Assembly (NCBI GenBank): GCA_021163225.1
Contig: JAGGXE010000001.1
Coordinates: forward strand, 1 to 50,993
Origin: Candidatus Micrarchaeota archaeon
GTDB taxonomy: Archaea > Micrarchaeota > Micrarchaeia > Anstonellales > JAGGXE01
Direction of reading: 5' to 3'
DNA: 50,993 bases
Shown here: in pieces, positions 47,314 through 50,993 of the stretch
Position numbering within the stretch: the stretch's first letter is position 1
Layout of the letters: every line of letters starts with the position of its first letter
The notes under the pieces: model-generated
Databases searched by the model: none
Told to the model about the DNA's origin: nothing
What the model saw: the letters and a program-made list of their open reading frames with translations, nothing else
Made by a program: the position numbers and the translations under genes

Positions 47314-47855
47314 ACGTCATACTTTTGAAAAGTTCTTTTATAAAATTTGCAACCCAAACCGCAAACCTTGAATGGTATTAGTGAAGCGTCCTCGCGAAAG
47401 ATAATAAATGCATTATCCTGAATTAAGTTTCTCTTGATCATTGATAAACTTAGGTTTTCTACCTGGTTTTTAAAAAATCATACCGTCAGTTTCTTTGAGA
47501 TGTTTCTCATTTTTCAACGATAGGAAGTAATTTCGGAATAATCCATAAAGTCAGATGGTCAAGAGGTATGAATATTAATTAATTATTCTGGGATAGGTAT
47601 ATTTGTGAGATAAATAAGTGCGGTATGATCACTGGAGGGATAAGTATATGTATGGTAAGAGATAGGTGTTTTGATAATGTGGTTAGGTATGTTCCGGGTA
47701 CTCTGTCCTCCTCTCTCCATCCTCACAAACAAAATTCGGGTTTTTTAAGAAGAGTTTGGGTATTTATTCATAAATACAGATGAAAGATAATGGACGAAAA
47801 GTTTTAATAATCCATAAATAAAAATCAATACCGTTGTTCTGACAGTACTCTGAAA

Positions 47856-47982
47856 GCCCCAGTAGCTCAACGGTAGAGCGCTCGCCTCGTAGCACTTTCT
47901 TTACTGCCTTCGGCAGCAAAGAACCTGCACTAAGAAATTGCGGGAGAGCGAGAGGTTGAGGGTTCAAATCCCTCCTGGGGCT
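47856..47982 (+). tRNA. tRNA-Thr(CGT) with a 55-nt canonical 37/38 intron (47892..47946)
   Basis: Acceptor stem GCCCCAG/CTGGGGC, anticodon arm CTCGC-CT CGT A|A-GCGAG, BHB central helix CTCG/CGGG and T-arm GAGGG-TTCAAAT-CCCTC. Confidence 0.94.
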
Positions 47983-48003
47983 TTTGAGTTTTTGGGTGAA
48001 CTT

Positions 48004-48951
48004 ATGGTAAAAATAGGGAAACTGAAAAAAGTTAATATTAAAGAAGTTTGGCCTAAAGAAGATGAGGATTTTACACTATGGTTATCTCAAGAAGGTATTT
48101 ATTTACTAAAAGAAGAATTAGGTTTAGGGGATATAGAAGTATTGGAAACCGAAGCAAATGTTGGAGATTTCAAAGTTGATCTACTTGCTGTTGAAGAAAC
48201 TCCTGGAGGATCTAGGAAAATAATAATTGAAAATCAGTATGGATTCACAGATCATAAACATTTAGGACAACTTCTTACATATGCGGCTGGGCAAGATGCA
48301 AACATTATAATTTGGATTACTGAGAAAGTTAGAGATGAACACAGGAGTGTTGTTGATTGGTTGAACAGGATTGCCGAAAGTAGTGATGTTGATGTAAATT
48401 TTTTCCTGGTCAAAGTTGAAGTGTGGAAAATTGGGAACTCCGAAGTTGCTCCTAAGTTTACTGTTGTAGCCTCTCCTAACAATTGGAGCAAATTAATAAA
48501 GAAATCTAAAGTGAGACAATTAGGAGAGACATCTTTGAAAAGTTACGAGTTTTTGAAAAATTTAGTGAAATTTTTATCTAAAAAAGCGTATTTTGGTAAA
48601 ATAAACGATCCTTCTCCAAGAACACCATCATATCATTATTTTTCTATTGGTGTCTCAGATGCATGGGCAAGAATTGTTGTTAATAATAACAAGAAATGTT
48701 TAAAATTAGGAATTTACATACGGGGAAGGAAGAAATTTGAGAATGTATATCATGAAAGGGATAAAATCCATCAAGTACTGGGAAAAGATGTGGAATGGGA
48801 AGAGTATGAAAAAGGAGGTGCAGTCAACTATCTCTTAAAAGGATTTGACATAAAGAAGGAAGACATGTGGCCCTCTTATTTTGAGTGGGTCGAAAAGAAA
48901 TTGGAAAACATTTATAGGGCGAAAAAGTTAATAAACAAGTTAGTAAAATGA
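48004..48951 (+). CDS. DUF4268-domain protein with an N-terminal PD-(D/E)XK (NucS-like) nuclease
   Basis: EVWPKEDEDFTLWL, VGDFKVDLLA, IIIENQ and DHKHLGQLLTYAAG motifs. The start is the ATG at 48004 after GGGTGA; the longer ORF overlaps the tRNA. Confidence 0.85.
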   Translation: MVKIGKLKKVNIKEVWPKEDEDFTLWLSQEGIYLLKEELGLGDIEVLETEANVGDFKVDLLAVEETPGGSRKIIIENQYGFTDHKHLGQLLTYAAGQDANIIIWITEKVRDEHRSVVDWLNRIAESSDVDVNFFLVKVEVWKIGNSEVAPKFTVVASPNNWSKLIKKSKVRQLGETSLKSYEFLKNLVKFLSKKAYFGKINDPSPRTPSYHYFSIGVSDAWARIVVNNNKKCLKLGIYIRGRKKFENVYHERDKIHQVLGKDVEWEEYEKGGAVNYLLKGFDIKKEDMWPSYFEWVEKKLENIYRAKKLINKLVK

Positions 48952-49050
48952 GAAGATTCTGTAGACAGATGTGAAGTATAGGAAAGTGGGAAGACAAAAC
49001 CAGTTTTGGTAGCGATAAGTATAGGAGGGAGTTTGGTAGAGGTGGTAATA

Positions 49051-50706
49051 ATGAATAAATCCAACTTAGCGGTTCAAACAATAAGGGCAATGGTAAATAG
49101 GATAAAAAAAGAAGAAGGGATGACGGTTTCGCAGGCTTTTGTGAGATTAGTTTATGATTTGTTATTTGGAGACGAATCAAAATATGAAGAAAGCATAACC
49201 GAGGGACCAGGCGATTACGGAGTTGATATAATATATTTCCTGGAAAGAGATGGTAAGTTTGATGTGTATCTGGTTCAATGTAAGTATTCTGAAAAAGTGA
49301 TAAAGGCATCTGATGTTCAAAATTTAATTAATTTTTATGATATCTTAACAGCGAAAGAAACACCGAAAACATCAAATCCTATCATAAAATCACAAATAGA
49401 GACGTATCATGAGTTAATTAATAGTGGAATGCTTCCTGTAAATTTTTATTTATATACAGCCAGTTTAAGTGATGATGTTTCTCCAGAAGGTAGGGAAAAG
49501 GTAGAAATTCTTCTTCGAGAAAATCAAAATGTCGTATATAAGCATATAGGAGTCCAAGAATTAAGAAAAAGAATAATAGCACAAGAAGAACCATCGCCAA
49601 CGGTAGAACTCACATTGTGTGGGAAGCCCTTTGAATATCATAAAAGTGGGACAACCGCCATAATTGGAAATGTTGATGCGAAAGAATTGGCCATTGTGTA
49701 TGAGAAATATGGTGAAACTATCTTTTCCAAAAATGTAAGATATTTTCTTGGCTCTACAAATGTCAACAAAGAAATCCTAAAAACTCTTGAAGATGAAGAA
49801 ACTAACGAATTGTTTTGGTTTTTGTATAACGGCTTAACCATAGTGTGTAAATCATATCAACGGGAACCTGCGAAAACTAACCCCAAAGTAAAGATTGAAG
49901 GCTTTCAAATAGTGAACGGAACTCAAACTACAAGAAGTATATATGAAGCCTACAAAGAAGGAATTGACTTAAGCGGTGTCCATGTGTTGGCAAAAATTTT
50001 AGAAACGAAAAATGAAATCCTTGGGTCAAAAATTGCGGAAGCCACTAATACGCAAAATCCTATAAAGAAAAGAGATCTACGTTCTAATGATGAAGTTCAA
50101 ATATTATTGGAAAAAGGTCTTAAACAGTTGGGGTATTATTACCAACGGAAAAGAAAACAGTTCGTGGGTGTTCCAAGGAAGAAACTTATTGACAATGAAA
50201 AATTTGCCCAGGAATGTGGAGCGTTTATTTTTGGAATACCTGCTGAAGTAAGAAACAAAAAATCATTACTATTTGATAGAGAAGGGTTTTATTACAAAAT
50301 ATTCAACGAAAATTTGACTCCTGGTAAAGTTTTGTTTGTTCATAAAATAGCTGAGAAAATTTTTAATATATTGAGAGATCTACAGAAGAATAAGCCAGAG
50401 ATCATACCCACACCTATAAAAGAGTCTTTTTGGGCAAGCCGATTCCATATTTTATATGCTTTGGGGTTGTATTTGAAGGAAATGGGCTATGATATAGAAA
50501 GAGCAGAGTATTTCCCAGAAGATAGATCTTCAGACGGAAGAATCGTGATTGAAAACGTAAACAAAGAGATGGTAATTAAATGCATGAACATTGTGAATAG
50601 AGCACTTAAGAGTCTCCAAGAAGACGAGGAAGTTTCTCAGTTACTAAAAAAGCCATCCCTCACAGAAAAAATACGAGATCTCATAGAAGGGGAATTTGGG
50701 GATTAA
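49051..50706 (+). CDS. AIPR-family (abortive infection/phage resistance) protein with an N-terminal restriction-endonuclease-like domain
   Basis: DYGVD...LVQCKY, NVRYFLG, FWFLYNGLTIVC, QIVNGTQT, ATNTQNPI and DLRSND motifs. GAGGTGG SD before the ATG at 49051. Confidence 0.9.
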   Translation: MNKSNLAVQTIRAMVNRIKKEEGMTVSQAFVRLVYDLLFGDESKYEESITEGPGDYGVDIIYFLERDGKFDVYLVQCKYSEKVIKASDVQNLINFYDILTAKETPKTSNPIIKSQIETYHELINSGMLPVNFYLYTASLSDDVSPEGREKVEILLRENQNVVYKHIGVQELRKRIIAQEEPSPTVELTLCGKPFEYHKSGTTAIIGNVDAKELAIVYEKYGETIFSKNVRYFLGSTNVNKEILKTLEDEETNELFWFLYNGLTIVCKSYQREPAKTNPKVKIEGFQIVNGTQTTRSIYEAYKEGIDLSGVHVLAKILETKNEILGSKIAEATNTQNPIKKRDLRSNDEVQILLEKGLKQLGYYYQRKRKQFVGVPRKKLIDNEKFAQECGAFIFGIPAEVRNKKSLLFDREGFYYKIFNENLTPGKVLFVHKIAEKIFNILRDLQKNKPEIIPTPIKESFWASRFHILYALGLYLKEMGYDIERAEYFPEDRSSDGRIVIENVNKEMVIKCMNIVNRALKSLQEDEEVSQLLKKPSLTEKIRDLIEGEFGD

Positions 50707-50707
50707 A

Positions 50708-50993
50708 ATGGTAATCAAAATCCGCAAAAGCGTTGTTTTTCCTAATCCTTCAACCCAATTCACAAAGGAAAATGCCGCCTATTATGAAGCAAAAGGTGGA
50801 AAAAAGGGTAGGATTGCTAAGAGTTTGGCTAAGAGAAAAAAATGCTCTCCTAAGTGTCCAATCTATGATAGGTGTATATTTGTAGCTTATGGAATAAAAA
50901 CAGGAAAATGTCCTTTGGCAGAGTATGGAAAAAATTTCAAAGCCACTTATTTTGTTGGCTCTCTCACCAATAAAGCCACACTTACCAAGGTAA
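50708..50993 (+). CDS. 3'-truncated basic Cys-rich protein with a KGG motif (absent from the ORF track)
   Basis: MVIKIRKSVVFPNPSTQFTKENAAYYEAKGGKKGRIAKSLAKRKKCSPKCPIYDRC...KCPL... stays open to the window end and starts 1 nt after the AIPR stop. Confidence 0.7.
   Translation, partial: MVIKIRKSVVFPNPSTQFTKENAAYYEAKGGKKGRIAKSLAKRKKCSPKCPIYDRCIFVAYGIKTGKCPLAEYGKNFKATYFVGSLTNKATLTKV

Larger units (their letters stand above)
47983..50993. mobile_element. Probable AT-rich integrated element or defence island at the 3' end of tRNA-Thr (continues beyond the window)
   Basis: Visible shift to AT-rich codons immediately after the tRNA, and defence-type genes. No integrase or att duplication is seen within the window. 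Confidence 0.55.

Noticed and set aside
47938..48003. N-terminal extension of the DUF4268 ORF in the ORF track
   Set aside because: It overlaps the tRNA-Thr 3' half. The ATG at 48004 has a proper SD.

Overview
This window is archaeal chromosome, most likely from a DPANN-type lineage such as Micrarchaeota. That assignment is inferred from PolD, aIF-2beta, fibrillarin/Nop5, the dense gene packing, an unlinked 5S rRNA and non-canonical tRNA introns. Most of it is informational housekeeping: cysS, leuS, ileS, argS, flpA, nop5, rfcS, nmd3, rpl1-rpl10-rpl12, secG, aIF-2beta, aIF-1A, rio1, PolD DP1/DP2, sua5, trxB, htpX and lemA. It has one 5S rRNA and three tRNAs, all intron-containing (Pro-TGG at 53/54, Arg-TCT at 29/30, Thr-CGT at 37/38). 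Five things stand out. (1) Two long uncharacterised proteins end in domains resembling bacterial cell-wall hydrolases: a 3D/MltA-like domain (26..1543) and an NlpC/P60-like Cys-His-Asp domain (24340..26361). (2) A tight five-gene membrane operon built around a VirB4/HerA-like ATPase (18101..24261) lies directly downstream of the NlpC/P60 gene; together they are a candidate contact-dependent secretion or DNA-transfer system. (3) There is a bacterial-type queuine tRNA-ribosyltransferase. (4) A structured 5' leader precedes rpl1, next to a truncated NUDIX remnant missed by the ORF track. (5) An AT-rich defence island (DUF4268 nuclease, AIPR, a KGG/Cys-rich ORF) begins at tRNA-Thr and runs off the window. 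All family calls are by-eye motif recognition; no searches were run.
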